Origin: Bryobacterales bacterium
GTDB taxonomy: Bacteria; Acidobacteriota; Terriglobia; Bryobacterales; UBA6623
Direction: 5' to 3'
NCBI GenBank assembly: GCA_965219605.1
Contig: CBDCOC010000004.1
Coordinates: 121,619-185,618 of the forward strand
DNA: 64,000 nt
The notes under the pieces were generated by a model. That model was not told the origin of the DNA. It saw only the letters and a program-made list of their open reading frames with translations, and did no database searches. Below are positions 46,266 through 55,319 of this stretch, piece by piece; the stretch's first letter is position 1; the number at the start of each line of letters is the position of its first letter. A program made the translations under genes and the position numbers.

Positions 46266-46512
46266 CTTGGACTTGAACGTCCGGGTGGACGAGCGCGAGG
46301 GGCGTTCGCATCTGCTGCGCTTCCAGGATCCCAAGACGTGGAATGACCTGCTGACATTCGAGGAATCGGAACAAGGCAGACAGGCAGCGGAGCAGGGCAG
46401 GTAGCAAGCGCTGCGCCGCTGGCAAGCGGCCGAACAGGAAATCGCCCGCCTGAAGGCGCAGATCGCCAGACTTAAAAGCCAAGGGCCGGACAAGCACGGA
46501 AGCGAGTCCTGA
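46266..46512 (+). pseudogene. Uma2 gene 3' fragment (no AERRHQ repeats, in-frame TAG)
   Basis: LDLNVRVDEREGRSHLLRFQDPKTWNDLLTFEESEQGRQAAEQGR*QALRRWQAAEQEIARLKAQIARLKSQGPDKHGSES. Confidence 0.75.
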
Positions 46513-46581
46513 GCCGGCTGGGCGGTGGATGCCGACGGCTGCGATGCAAAACGCTCGGCGCTTCCGCCTTCTCCCGTCGCT

Positions 46582-46760
46582 CTACGGCTTGCCCTCTGCT
46601 AAGGCTTGGTAATCGAAGCCAGCTTATACGCGGCCTCGTCAGACAGGCAAAGTGCTCCACCCGGATCGCCTCGACAATCTTGCGGCTGCCGGTGCGCACC
46701 TCCACGTGCAACACCAGATCGACTATGTCCCCCACCAAACTTATTCTGATCCGGCAAATA
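46582..46760 (-). pseudogene. Chimeric virD4'/virB11' scar (second copy)
   Basis: Same organisation as 44752-44905. VGDIVDLVLHVEVRTGSRKIVEAIRVEHFACL.... Confidence 0.7.
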
Positions 46761-46843
46761 CGCAGCGCCTCGGGCCTGGAAGCGAGCGGCCTGCATCCAT
46801 CCAGTGTTACGCTGTACACGGCCATAGCGCCTCCGGTACTGCC

Positions 46844-47674
46844 ATGCCCGGCATCAAAGCATTTGTCGCAGCCCAGCCCGCAGCGCCCGTCGATTACGCT
46901 GCCAGGGACGGCCGGATCATGGCCGAACTGCCCCGCCACGTGGACGCGATCCTGTATGCGCTGGCCACCTTGCGGACTTGGTTCGCCAGCTATGAGCGGG
47001 TGCAAGTGGGGGCGAACATGTTCCTGTACTACCAAGAGGGCGACAACAGCAAGCGGGTCACGCCGGATCTGTTCGTGGCGCGCGGCCTGGCAGCGCTGCC
47101 GGAGCGCTCGTACAAGCTGTGGGAGGCCGGGCGGCCGCCCGGTTTCGTGCTGGAAGTTGCCTCGCCTAGCACCGAGGATCGCGATTGCGGGGAGAAGCAA
47201 GCCTTGTACGCCGCGATCGGGGTGACGGAGTATTGGCGCTTCCACCCGACGGGCGAGTTGAAGGCTGCCCGGTCGCCGGGGCTGCGCTTGGAGGGCGGAA
47301 CATTGCAGGGGCTGGGGTACGCCCCTCTGGCGCTGAGGCGCGACGGATCGATCGACAGCGCAGTCTTGGATTTGAACGTCCGGGTGGACGAGCGCGAGGG
47401 GCGTTCGCATCTGCTGCGCTTCCGGGATCCCAAGACGTGGAATGACCTGCTGACGTTTGAGGAATCGGAGCAAGGCAGGCAGGCAGCGGAACAAGACAGG
47501 CAGGCGGCGGAGCAGGGCAGGCAGCAAGCGCTGCGCCGCTGGCAAGCGGCCGAACGCAGGCACCGGGCAGCGGAACGCAGGCACCAGGCAGCCGAACAGG
47601 AAATCGCCCGCCTGAAGACGCAGATTGCCAGACTCGAAAGCCAAGGGCCGGACAAGCACGGAAGCGAGTCCTGA
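46844..47674 (+). CDS. Uma2-family endonuclease, copy B (two AERRH(Q/R)A repeats)
   Basis: MPGIKAFVAAQPAAPVDYAARDGRIMAEL.... Near-identical to copy A by eye. Confidence 0.8.
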   Translation: MPGIKAFVAAQPAAPVDYAARDGRIMAELPRHVDAILYALATLRTWFASYERVQVGANMFLYYQEGDNSKRVTPDLFVARGLAALPERSYKLWEAGRPPGFVLEVASPSTEDRDCGEKQALYAAIGVTEYWRFHPTGELKAARSPGLRLEGGTLQGLGYAPLALRRDGSIDSAVLDLNVRVDEREGRSHLLRFRDPKTWNDLLTFEESEQGRQAAEQDRQAAEQGRQQALRRWQAAERRHRAAERRHQAAEQEIARLKTQIARLESQGPDKHGSES

Positions 47675-47743
47675 GCCGGCTGGGCGGTGGATGCCGACGG
47701 CTGCGATGCAAAACGCTCGCTGCTTCCGCGTTCTCCCGTCGCT

Positions 47744-48150
47744 CTACGGCTTGCCCTCTGCCAAGGCTTGGTAGTGGCTCCGTTCGCCCGGTAGATAGCC
47801 GGGCTTGAGATAGCAGATAGGTCGGCGGCAGCGATCGCGGCTGCCACGATCATCTGCGCGTTGCGCAGCTCGGCGAACGCTGACGGCTGGAACACCGGCT
47901 CACGCCGCACGTCCCCTTGCCGCCGCCAGCCGCCCGCTGAGCAAGCCGATGCCCGCCTGCGAGGACTCCGAAATCGAGTACTGCTCTTTGAGGCGCTCGA
48001 CCTGCCCGCAGGTTTCCAAGGCCAGCTTGCACGAGGCCTCGCCAGACAGGCAAAGTGCTCCACCCGGATCGCCTCGACAATCTTGCGGCTGCCGGTGCGC
48101 CCCTCCACGTGCAACGCCAGATCGACTATGTCCCCCACCAACTTCTTCTG
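47744..48150 (-). pseudogene. Longer virD4' remnant (about the last 130 codons, with indels) fused to a virB11' fragment
   Basis: Aligns with 51146-51500, for example ...EASCKLALETCGQVERLKEQYSISESSQAGIGLLSGR... and ...REPVFQPSAFAELRNAQ.... It then continues with LVGDIVDLALHVEGRTGSRKIVEAIRVEH. Confidence 0.7.
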
Positions 48151-48239
48151 ATCCGGCAAATACCAGTGCCTTGAGCTTGGAAGCGAGCGGCTGCATCCAG
48201 TGCTATGCTGTACACGGCCATAGCGCCTCCGGTACTGCC

Positions 48240-49070
48240 ATGCCCAGCACCAAAGCATTTGTCGCAGCCCAGCCCGCAGCGCCTGTCGATTACGCCGCCA
48301 GAGACGGCCGGATCATGGCGGAACTGCCCCGCCACGTGGATGCGATCCTGTATGCGCTGGCTACACTGCGGACTTGGTTCGCCCGGTATGAGCGGGTGCA
48401 AGTGGGGGCGAACATGTTCCTGTACTACCAAGAGGGCGACAACAGCAAGCGGGTCACGCCGGATCTGTTCGTGGCGCGCGGCCTGGCAGCGCTGCCGGAG
48501 CGCTCGTACAAGCTGTGGGAGGCCGGGCGGCCGCCCGGTTTCGTGCTGGAAGTTGCCTCGCCTAGCACCGAGGATCGCGATTGCGGGGAGAAGCAAGCCT
48601 TGTACGCCGCGATCGGGGTGACGGAGTATTGGCGCTTCCACCCGACGGGCGAGTTGAAGGCTGCCCGGTCGCCGGGGCTGCGCTTGGAGGGCGGAACATT
48701 GCAGGGGCTGGGGTACGCCCCTCTGGCGCTGAGGCGCGACGGATCGATCGACAGCGCAGTCTTGGATTTGAACGTCCGGGTGGACGAGCGCGAGGGGCGT
48801 TCGCATCTGCTGCGCTTCCGGGATCCCAAGACATGGAATGACCTGCTGACGTTCGAGGAATCGGAGCAAGGCAGACAGGCAGCGGAGCAGGGCAGGCAGC
48901 AAGCGCTGCGCCGCTGGCAAGCGGCCGAACGCAGGCATCAGGCAGCCGAACGCAGGCACCAGGCAGCCGAACGCAGGCACCAGGCAGCCGAACAGGAAAT
49001 CGCCCGCCTGAAGGCGCAGATTACCAGACTCGAAAGCCAAGGGCCGGACAAGCACGGAAGCGAGTCCTGA
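48240..49070 (+). CDS. Uma2-family endonuclease, copy C (three AERRHQA repeats, one RQAAEQ unit fewer)
   Basis: MPSTKAFVAAQPAAPVDYAARDGRIMAEL.... Near-identical to copies A and B. Confidence 0.8.
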   Translation: MPSTKAFVAAQPAAPVDYAARDGRIMAELPRHVDAILYALATLRTWFARYERVQVGANMFLYYQEGDNSKRVTPDLFVARGLAALPERSYKLWEAGRPPGFVLEVASPSTEDRDCGEKQALYAAIGVTEYWRFHPTGELKAARSPGLRLEGGTLQGLGYAPLALRRDGSIDSAVLDLNVRVDEREGRSHLLRFRDPKTWNDLLTFEESEQGRQAAEQGRQQALRRWQAAERRHQAAERRHQAAERRHQAAEQEIARLKAQITRLESQGPDKHGSES

Positions 49071-49451
49071 TCTGATCGGCCGGGCGGTGGATGCCGACGG
49101 CCTGCGGCGCAAGGCGTGCGGCACTTCCGAATGCTCCCGCCGCTCGTGACTACGCACGCGCCCGCAGGCGTCGGTCCACAGCCTTGATTGAGCGTGGTGA
49201 CAGGTTGGCCAGCGAGCGCGATTGGCGCGGTGCCGAGCGTGGCGGGCGCGAATCGCGCACAATGGAGGCCTGTTTGCACGGCCCTCCCAAGCGCCGCTCG
49301 GTGCCGCGCCCCGTGACTGCAACCAGAAACGATACTTCGTCTCGGACACGGCTCGCCCAGCCGCTTCCGGGTAGCGTGTTGCCTGCTATCCTACCGTCTG
49401 CGGCCGCACGCCGCGGCACAAGCAGCATGCCGGCTGGTGCCGCCCGCTTCC

Positions 49452-50409
49452 ATGGCCTTCCAGCTCAGTCACCCTCACGATCTCATCTTCCGCGCCAATC
49501 TGGCTGATCCGCGCCGACTCCATCCTGCGTGCCCATCTCGCCCCCCGATTGCTGCCCCTGCTGGCCGCCCAGCCGCCGCAGCCGCTCGATGGCAGCTTCG
49601 TGGACGAAGGCTTGCGCGTCAGTTGCAGCGAAAAGCTGCTGCAAGTCCAGTTGCGCAGCGGCCAGCCCGCTTTCCTGTACGTCTTGCTCGAGCACAAGTC
49701 TTGGCCCGATCCGGGCACCGCCCTACAGGTGATGAAATACAAGCTCCGCATCTGGGAGCAATACGCCGGTGGTTCGGTACGCAAGCTATGCACCCTGCCG
49801 CCCATCGTGCCGCTGGTCTTCTACCACGGGCGTGCTCCGTGGAGCGCGCCGCTCTCCCTCTCCGCCATGCTGGGTACCCAGGACCCGCTTCTGCAATCTC
49901 TGGAATGCAACTGCGGGTATTTCCTGCGCAACCTGAACGACCTGCAGGACGAGGAGTTGGCGGCCGATCCAGCCGCCCGGGCCGGCTTGCTGCTGCTGCG
50001 CTATTCCCATCGCAGCGGTTCCGAGGCCATGGAGCGGAAACTGGTGCTACTGCCGCGGATCTTGGCTCCGCTGCCGGACGGTTCGCTTTACCAGCGGCAA
50101 GTGGTGGTGTATGTTATGAGTGTCTGGAACGTGCCGCGGGCGGCAGTGAGTGCGGCTGCGGAGGAGGCCCTGCCGGGCCGGGGAGAGGCGATGGTAGGAC
50201 AGGTTGTACAGGAACTGCTCGATCAAGGCGAAACCAAGGGCCGCGCCGATTCCTTGGCGTGGCTGCTGGAACATCGCTTCGGGCAACTGCCGTCTGCGAT
50301 ACGGCGCCGCATCGCAGACGCTCCGCAGGGTGAACTGAGGGCTTGGTTCACGGCCGCGCTGGATGCATCGTCCTTGGACACGGTGTTTAACGGGCACGGC
50401 TTGGATTGA
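49452..50409 (+). pseudogene. Rpn-family (YhgA-like, PDDEXK_Tnp_1) recombination-promoting nuclease gene with an apparent frameshift near 49510
   Basis: MAFQLSHPHDLIFRANLADPR lies in one frame. ADSILRAHLAPRLLPLLAAQPPQPLDGSFVDEGLR...LLEHKSWPD...PIVPLVFYHG... lies in the next frame. Confidence 0.65.
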
Positions 50410-50621
50410 CCCGTCACACTGCCCGCGCCCGCCTCTGCGCGCTTGGTCGCAACCACAGGCTGGCCGGACTTTGGTAGGGCGGCTTGGGTGAGGACTTGGT
50501 TCGCGGGCGGCAGCCGCCAGCAGGGGTGCCAAGCCCGCCTCCATGGCCGCATTCTTTGCTGGCAGTCTCGTCGGCAGTGAGCGCGGCTGCGGAGGAGGCC
50601 CTGCCGGGCCGGGGAGAGGCG

Positions 50622-50888
50622 ATGGTAGGACAGGTTGTACAGGAACTGCTCGATCAAGGCTATGCCAAGGCCTACGCCAAGGGCTATGCCGAAGGCTATG
50701 CCAAGGGGCTGGCCGAGGGCTATGCTGATTCCTTGACGTGGCTGCTGGAACATCGCTTCGGGCAACTGCCGGCGGCGATACGGTGCCGCATCGTAGACGC
50801 TCCGCAGAGTGAACTGAGGATTTGGTTCACGGTCGCGCTGGATGCATCGTCCTTGGAGACGGTGTTCAACGGCCACGACTTGGATTGA
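50622..50888 (+). CDS. Free-standing duplicate of the Rpn C-terminal domain with an expanded (GYAK)n linker (expression unproven)
   Basis: MVGQVVQELLDQGYAKAYAKGYAEGYAKGLAEGYADSLTWLLEHRFGQLPAAIRCRIVDAPQSELRIWFTVALDASSLETVFNGHDLD parallels the last about 80 aa of the upstream Rpn gene. Confidence 0.4.
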   Translation: MVGQVVQELLDQGYAKAYAKGYAEGYAKGLAEGYADSLTWLLEHRFGQLPAAIRCRIVDAPQSELRIWFTVALDASSLETVFNGHDLD

Positions 50889-51145
50889 CCCGCGGCATTG
50901 CTGCATGCAGGGCCGCTAGCGACATTGCCCGCGCCCGCCTCTGTGCGCTTGGTCGCAGCCTCAGGCTGGCCGGACTCTAGTAGGTTCACAGTCGGCAGCC
51001 GCCAGCAGGGGATCCAGGCCTGCTCCCGTGGCTGCATTGACCTGTTTCTCTAACTTGGGTAATGACCCTCTGCGGCAGTCTCGTCTCTTGTTGTCACAAG
51101 CAAAAACCCATCGCTGGCAAGAGAGACTGAGCAGTCACCCCCGCT

Positions 51146-53095
51146 CTACAGCTTGCCCTCGGCCAAGGCTTGGAAATAGCCCAGTTCGCGCGGCAGGTAG
51201 CCGGGTTTGAGGTAGCAGTAGGTCGGCGGCAGCGGATCGCGTCCGTCATAAGCTGCCACGATCGCCTGCGCGTTGCGCAGCTCGGCGAAGGCCGACGGCT
51301 GGAACACTGGCTCGCGCCGCAGCGCGTAGGACTTGGTCACGCCGAACGTGCCCTTGCCGCCGCCGGCCCGCCCGCTGAGCAAGCCGACGCCCGACTGCGA
51401 AGACTCCGCGATCGAGTACTGCTCCTTGAGGCGCTCGACCTGCCCGCACGCTTGCGAGGCCAGCTGGCACGAGGCCTCGTCGGACAGCGACAGGAAGATG
51501 CGCGTCCGAAAGGTTTGCAGCAGCGTGCGCCACGATTCGCCCGGCAGGGCCGAGCGCAGCGAGCTCAGCGACTGCGTGGCCACCAGCGCCACCAGGCGCG
51601 CCTGGCGCGACAGGCTGAAGAATTTCTCGTCCCCGCTGGGGTCGCTCTCGCCGACCGTGGCGAAGTGCTGGTACTCGTCGCAGATGAAGGCGATGTCGCG
51701 CCAGGGCCGCTGCGGCTCGCGCGCCATGCGCGGGATGCGCTCCAGCACGCAGCGCTGGAAGTCCTGCTTGAGCATCACGCCGATGGCCCGCCCCAGGGCC
51801 GGGTTGGCCCCGACCGGCAGGTTCAGGGCCAGCACCTTGCCCGCTTCGAGCGCGTCCGCCACCGGCGGCAGGGCCCAGCGCCGGCGGTGCGGGCGGCCCT
51901 CGCTGTAGACCTGCCGCGGCGGGCAGAACACGTCGGCGATTTCCGGCTGGTCGAACAGCGACAGGAACACGCTCACGCCCTCCGTGATCGAGCTGCGCAG
52001 GCGCGTGTCGAGCTGGCTCCAGTCGTGCCGGTACCAAGTGATCACGGTCTGCAAGCGCCGCTGCGCGCCGTCGGCCGGCTCGGGTTCCGCCTGTTCGAAC
52101 TCGATGCCGCGCTGCTGCAGTGCCTCGACCAGTTCCGGATCGGCCTGCACGAACCACCGGCCGGCGGCCTCGTCGTACTCCCACGGGCGCTCGGGCAGCG
52201 TCGGCACGTGCTGCCGGTACTGCTCGATCGACAGCCGCGCTTCGGGCAGCAGGCCGAGCTGCTGGCGCGCCTTGTCGATCTTGCGGCGCAGCGCCTCGTC
52301 GTCGAGCGCGGTGCGATACACGTCCTGCAGCGTGACGTAGCCGTCGCACGTGCGGAACAGCAGGATCACGAACTTGACCAGGTTGGTATAGGCCTGCTGC
52401 CAGAAGGGTTCCTTGCCCTTGCCGAACAGCTGGTTCAGCAGCGAGGCGATCTGGTAGGCCAGCGAGTAGGGGTCGAGTTCGCAGTGCAGCGGGTTGTAGC
52501 ACCAGTTCCCGTCCAGGCCCAGTTCGACGTAGTCGTCCTCCCGGCCCAGCTCGCGCAGCATGCGCCGCACCTGGTGGCAGAAGTCGCCCTTGACTTCCAG
52601 CACCAGCCCGCCGGGCCGCAACTCGGCCCGCTCGGCATGCCAGCCCAGCACCTGGCGCGCGAACGGATACATGCAGCAGGAGGTCTTGCCCGAGCCGACC
52701 GCCCCGAACACGGCCGTGCCGGCGTAGAGGCCGTGCCGCGGCACGGCCAGCCAGCCCGGCTGCGGGCTCGGCCCGGGCTGGGTGCGGCGGTGGGTTTCGC
52801 CGATGACGAGGCGCGGCCCGTCGCCCGCCGGCCACGGCGGCAGCGGGCCCGCGCCGGCCTGGCCCGCGCCCCGCTCCACGAGCAGCCCGCCGACGGTCGC
52901 GCCGAGGCGCGCTAGGAAGTACGACGTCAGGATCCAAGCCGCGGCGTAGCCCCAGCGCAGCAGCGCGGCGGCGCGGGGGGATTGCAGGGCGATCCAGGCC
53001 AGCGCGGGATCGTGCGCCGGCCAGGGCCACAGCCGGTAGCAGGCCAGCGCGCCGAGCAGGGCGCCCGCGCCGGCCAGCAGCGAAGTCAGCGTCAT
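51146..53095 (-). CDS. virD4: Type IV secretion coupling protein (VirD4/TraG/TraD family)
   Basis: N-terminal transmembrane helices, Walker A GAVGSGKTS and ...FICDEYQHFATVGE.... 649 aa. Confidence 0.85.
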   Translation of the reverse strand: MTLTSLLAGAGALLGALACYRLWPWPAHDPALAWIALQSPRAAALLRWGYAAAWILTSYFLARLGATVGGLLVERGAGQAGAGPLPPWPAGDGPRLVIGETHRRTQPGPSPQPGWLAVPRHGLYAGTAVFGAVGSGKTSCCMYPFARQVLGWHAERAELRPGGLVLEVKGDFCHQVRRMLRELGREDDYVELGLDGNWCYNPLHCELDPYSLAYQIASLLNQLFGKGKEPFWQQAYTNLVKFVILLFRTCDGYVTLQDVYRTALDDEALRRKIDKARQQLGLLPEARLSIEQYRQHVPTLPERPWEYDEAAGRWFVQADPELVEALQQRGIEFEQAEPEPADGAQRRLQTVITWYRHDWSQLDTRLRSSITEGVSVFLSLFDQPEIADVFCPPRQVYSEGRPHRRRWALPPVADALEAGKVLALNLPVGANPALGRAIGVMLKQDFQRCVLERIPRMAREPQRPWRDIAFICDEYQHFATVGESDPSGDEKFFSLSRQARLVALVATQSLSSLRSALPGESWRTLLQTFRTRIFLSLSDEASCQLASQACGQVERLKEQYSIAESSQSGVGLLSGRAGGGKGTFGVTKSYALRREPVFQPSAFAELRNAQAIVAAYDGRDPLPPTYCYLKPGYLPRELGYFQALAEGKL

Positions 53096-53110
53096 CGCCG
53101 CGGCCCGCCC

Positions 53111-54124
53111 CTAGCGGCTGGCAGCCTCGGCTGCCGCGTAGTCGAACTCCATCAGCACTTCCAGCAGGCTGCAAGACGCCGCGAAGTCTCCGCCCGGCTG
53201 GCGCTCCGGGGCGCCGCTGCGGGCCCAGGCCTGGTAGCGGCCCTCCGCCGCGGCGCTGCCGTGCTCGGCCGCCAAGCGTGCGTAGCGCTCGACGGATTCC
53301 CGCGAGAGTTCCTGCCAGCGGCGCTGGTCGACCCGCCGGCGCAGTTCGAAGTACTCGCCTTCCGACCAGTCTCTCCCGGCCCGTGCCAGCCAGCGGTTCC
53401 AGGCGTGGCGCAGCCGGGCGAACTGCGCCCGGCTGTCCGCCAGGACCACCCATTGGCAGGGCATGCCGCGCAGGTGCAAGGCCCGTGCCAATGGCTCGTG
53501 GCTTCGCAGGTGGCGTTCCATGCCGTGCGCGCTCGAGCCGGCATGCGCGTAGGTGAACCGCACGGCGGGGCAGCCCGCTCCCGGCACTCCGATCGGAAAC
53601 CCGTCCGGGAACGCCGCGCGCCGCCCCTGGCGCGCGCGCACGGCCGCCGGGAAGCGGTCCCGGCCGATCCCCAGCGCTGCGAAATAGTCCGCCTTGTCCT
53701 CGGCGGCGAGCAGCAGTCGCGCCGTCTCCCGGCAGGCGATCCAGTAATCCAGGGCCAGCAGGCGTTGCTTGGCGGCGCGCGGGGCCCGGCCGGGCGCCGA
53801 ACCCGGCACCTTGCAGCCGGCCGCGCGGAACAGCGGCGCTCCGCACAGGCGGTACAGCCTCGGCTTGCGCCCGTCGGCCTTGAGATGGCCGTTGGCCCGC
53901 GCCCGCCGGAGCAGCCCGGCCTCGCTCCCGCCCCCGCCGGACTTGCGGAACTCCCGGAACTGGCGGCGTGCGAAAAAGCCGCCCAGCAAGGCGGCCGCTG
54001 CCAGGAATTCAGCCTCGGCCGGGCGGTAGCCGAGCGCCGCCACTCGCCCCGCGCGCTCCGCGAGATCGATCCGGCCCGCATCCTGCGGGCTTGCCGGCGA
54101 GCCCGCCGTTACCGCGGCTTGCAC
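53111..54124 (-). CDS. Hypothetical conjugation-module protein, possibly replication-relaxation (Replic_Relax)-like
   Basis: 337-aa ORF packed tightly between neighbouring genes. ...LLALDYW...FPDGFPIG...VRFTYAHAGSS... weakly resembles the PD-(D/E)xK-like Replic_Relax pattern. Confidence 0.35.
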   Translation of the reverse strand: MQAAVTAGSPASPQDAGRIDLAERAGRVAALGYRPAEAEFLAAAALLGGFFARRQFREFRKSGGGGSEAGLLRRARANGHLKADGRKPRLYRLCGAPLFRAAGCKVPGSAPGRAPRAAKQRLLALDYWIACRETARLLLAAEDKADYFAALGIGRDRFPAAVRARQGRRAAFPDGFPIGVPGAGCPAVRFTYAHAGSSAHGMERHLRSHEPLARALHLRGMPCQWVVLADSRAQFARLRHAWNRWLARAGRDWSEGEYFELRRRVDQRRWQELSRESVERYARLAAEHGSAAAEGRYQAWARSGAPERQPGGDFAASCSLLEVLMEFDYAAAEAASR

Positions 54125-55011
54125 GGCTGTGCCTCCTGGCGTGCCACTTGGCCGTCCGCGGCCATCCGATAGACTTGGAAGCCCGCCGTCGCCTTCAGCG
54201 ACAGGCTGCTCGCGCGGTAGTCTGCGGTGACGACTTCGAGATCCGCCAGGCGCGTCTCGCCGGCGCCGTCAGGGCCGTGTGACCATTCGATGCGCAGGTC
54301 GGGGAAGCGCAGCCTCCCGCCGGCAACCGTGAGCCGCAGATCCGCCGCCGCGGCAGCGCGGGCGGCGGAGCCGTCCGCGCCCGTGCGCCGGGCCGCGTCC
54401 GTCTGCCGCGCGGCGATGCGCCGCAACTGGCGCTCCGTGCGAATGCGCCGCACGGCGCCCCCCGCCGCGGCGATGTGGCGCAGCTCGCATTGCGCGGCCC
54501 GGTAGACCGCCGTGTCGTGCAAGACCTGGGCGGCGTGGGCGCGGCCGGACAGGTAGGCTTGCGCCTCTTCGTCGCCCGTGGCGCGCGGATCGATGCCGCG
54601 CTCCAGCAAGCGCCGCCCGCGGCCGGTCAGCGTCACCGCCTCCAGCCGGCGCCCGGCGCGCTGGAAGCGCTCCGTGCGCAGCAGGCCGCCTTGCTCCAAC
54701 TCGGCGACGCAGCGCTTGGCGCGCCCGCCCGAATCGAACCGGGCGCACAGGTCGGACAGCTCGACAGTGCCGAAGATCCCGGTCGCGCGCAACGCTTCCA
54801 CGCTGTCCTCGGCCAGCCGGAAGCGGCCCCACTGCGCCAGCGCCCGCCGGCGCTGCCGGCGATCGTTGCCGCGCGGAGCGCCCAAGACCTCCCGGCGGAC
54901 TTCCCGGGCAGGCCCGGCCTGCGGCTCCCTGCCGGGCGGAAGCTCCGCACGCCCGCGCGGATCCAGGGGCGCGGGCCGCCCGCGGCCGCGCTCCTCGCTC
55001 CGGCCTCTCAT
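54109..55011 (-). CDS. Hypothetical conjugation-module protein with a winged-helix-like segment, possibly Replic_Relax-like
   Basis: ATG at 55011 overlaps the upstream stop as ATGA. ...CVAELEQGGLLRTERFQRAGRRLEAVTLTGRGRRLL...VLHDTAVYRAA...RFPDLRIEW...DLEVVTADYRASSLSLK.... Confidence 0.4.
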   Translation of the reverse strand: MRGRSEERGRGRPAPLDPRGRAELPPGREPQAGPAREVRREVLGAPRGNDRRQRRRALAQWGRFRLAEDSVEALRATGIFGTVELSDLCARFDSGGRAKRCVAELEQGGLLRTERFQRAGRRLEAVTLTGRGRRLLERGIDPRATGDEEAQAYLSGRAHAAQVLHDTAVYRAAQCELRHIAAAGGAVRRIRTERQLRRIAARQTDAARRTGADGSAARAAAAADLRLTVAGGRLRFPDLRIEWSHGPDGAGETRLADLEVVTADYRASSLSLKATAGFQVYRMAADGQVARQEAQPCKPR

Positions 55012-55316
55012 CCCTGTCCGGCCTCCTGCCGGCGCAAGCGGCGCGCCAGCTCGGCATCGAACGTCTTGCCCCGCCGCACCTCGCCGTCCAAGCGGCGCAG
55101 CTTGCGTCCCGCATCGCCCAGCCCCAAGCGGCGGCAGGCCAGGTACAGCAGGGCGAACAGGTCGAATGACAGAGCCAGGGCGTAGGCAGTCACCTGCCCG
55201 CCGCAGCTGCGCCACAGTGCCTCGCGGTACGGCGCCAGGTAGCGGAACTCGTCCAGCGCCAGCCAGGCCGCGACGCCGCCGATCGACAGCGTCAGCCCGA
55301 ATGCGATCCTTGCCAT
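55008..55316 (-). CDS. Small two-transmembrane-helix protein of the T4SS operon
   Basis: 102 aa. MARIAFGLTLSIGGVAAWLAL... and ...YALALSFDLFALLYLA.... Lies 3 nt after the virB8 stop. Confidence 0.5.
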   Translation of the reverse strand: MARIAFGLTLSIGGVAAWLALDEFRYLAPYREALWRSCGGQVTAYALALSFDLFALLYLACRRLGLGDAGRKLRRLDGEVRRGKTFDAELARRLRRQEAGQG

Positions 55317-55319
55317 GGC

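Noticed and set aside
43700-49100. Regularly repeated structure considered as a possible CRISPR or other non-coding array
   Set aside because: The repeat units are longer than 1 kb and protein-coding (Uma2 genes plus scars). There are no short direct repeats with unique spacers.
51170-53846. Very long alternative ORFs across virD4 (51246-53846 minus, 866 aa; 51170-52915 plus, 581 aa)
   Set aside because: Their composition is dominated by R/A/G/P runs with no motifs. The 649-aa frame, with Walker A and transmembrane helices, is clearly the real gene.
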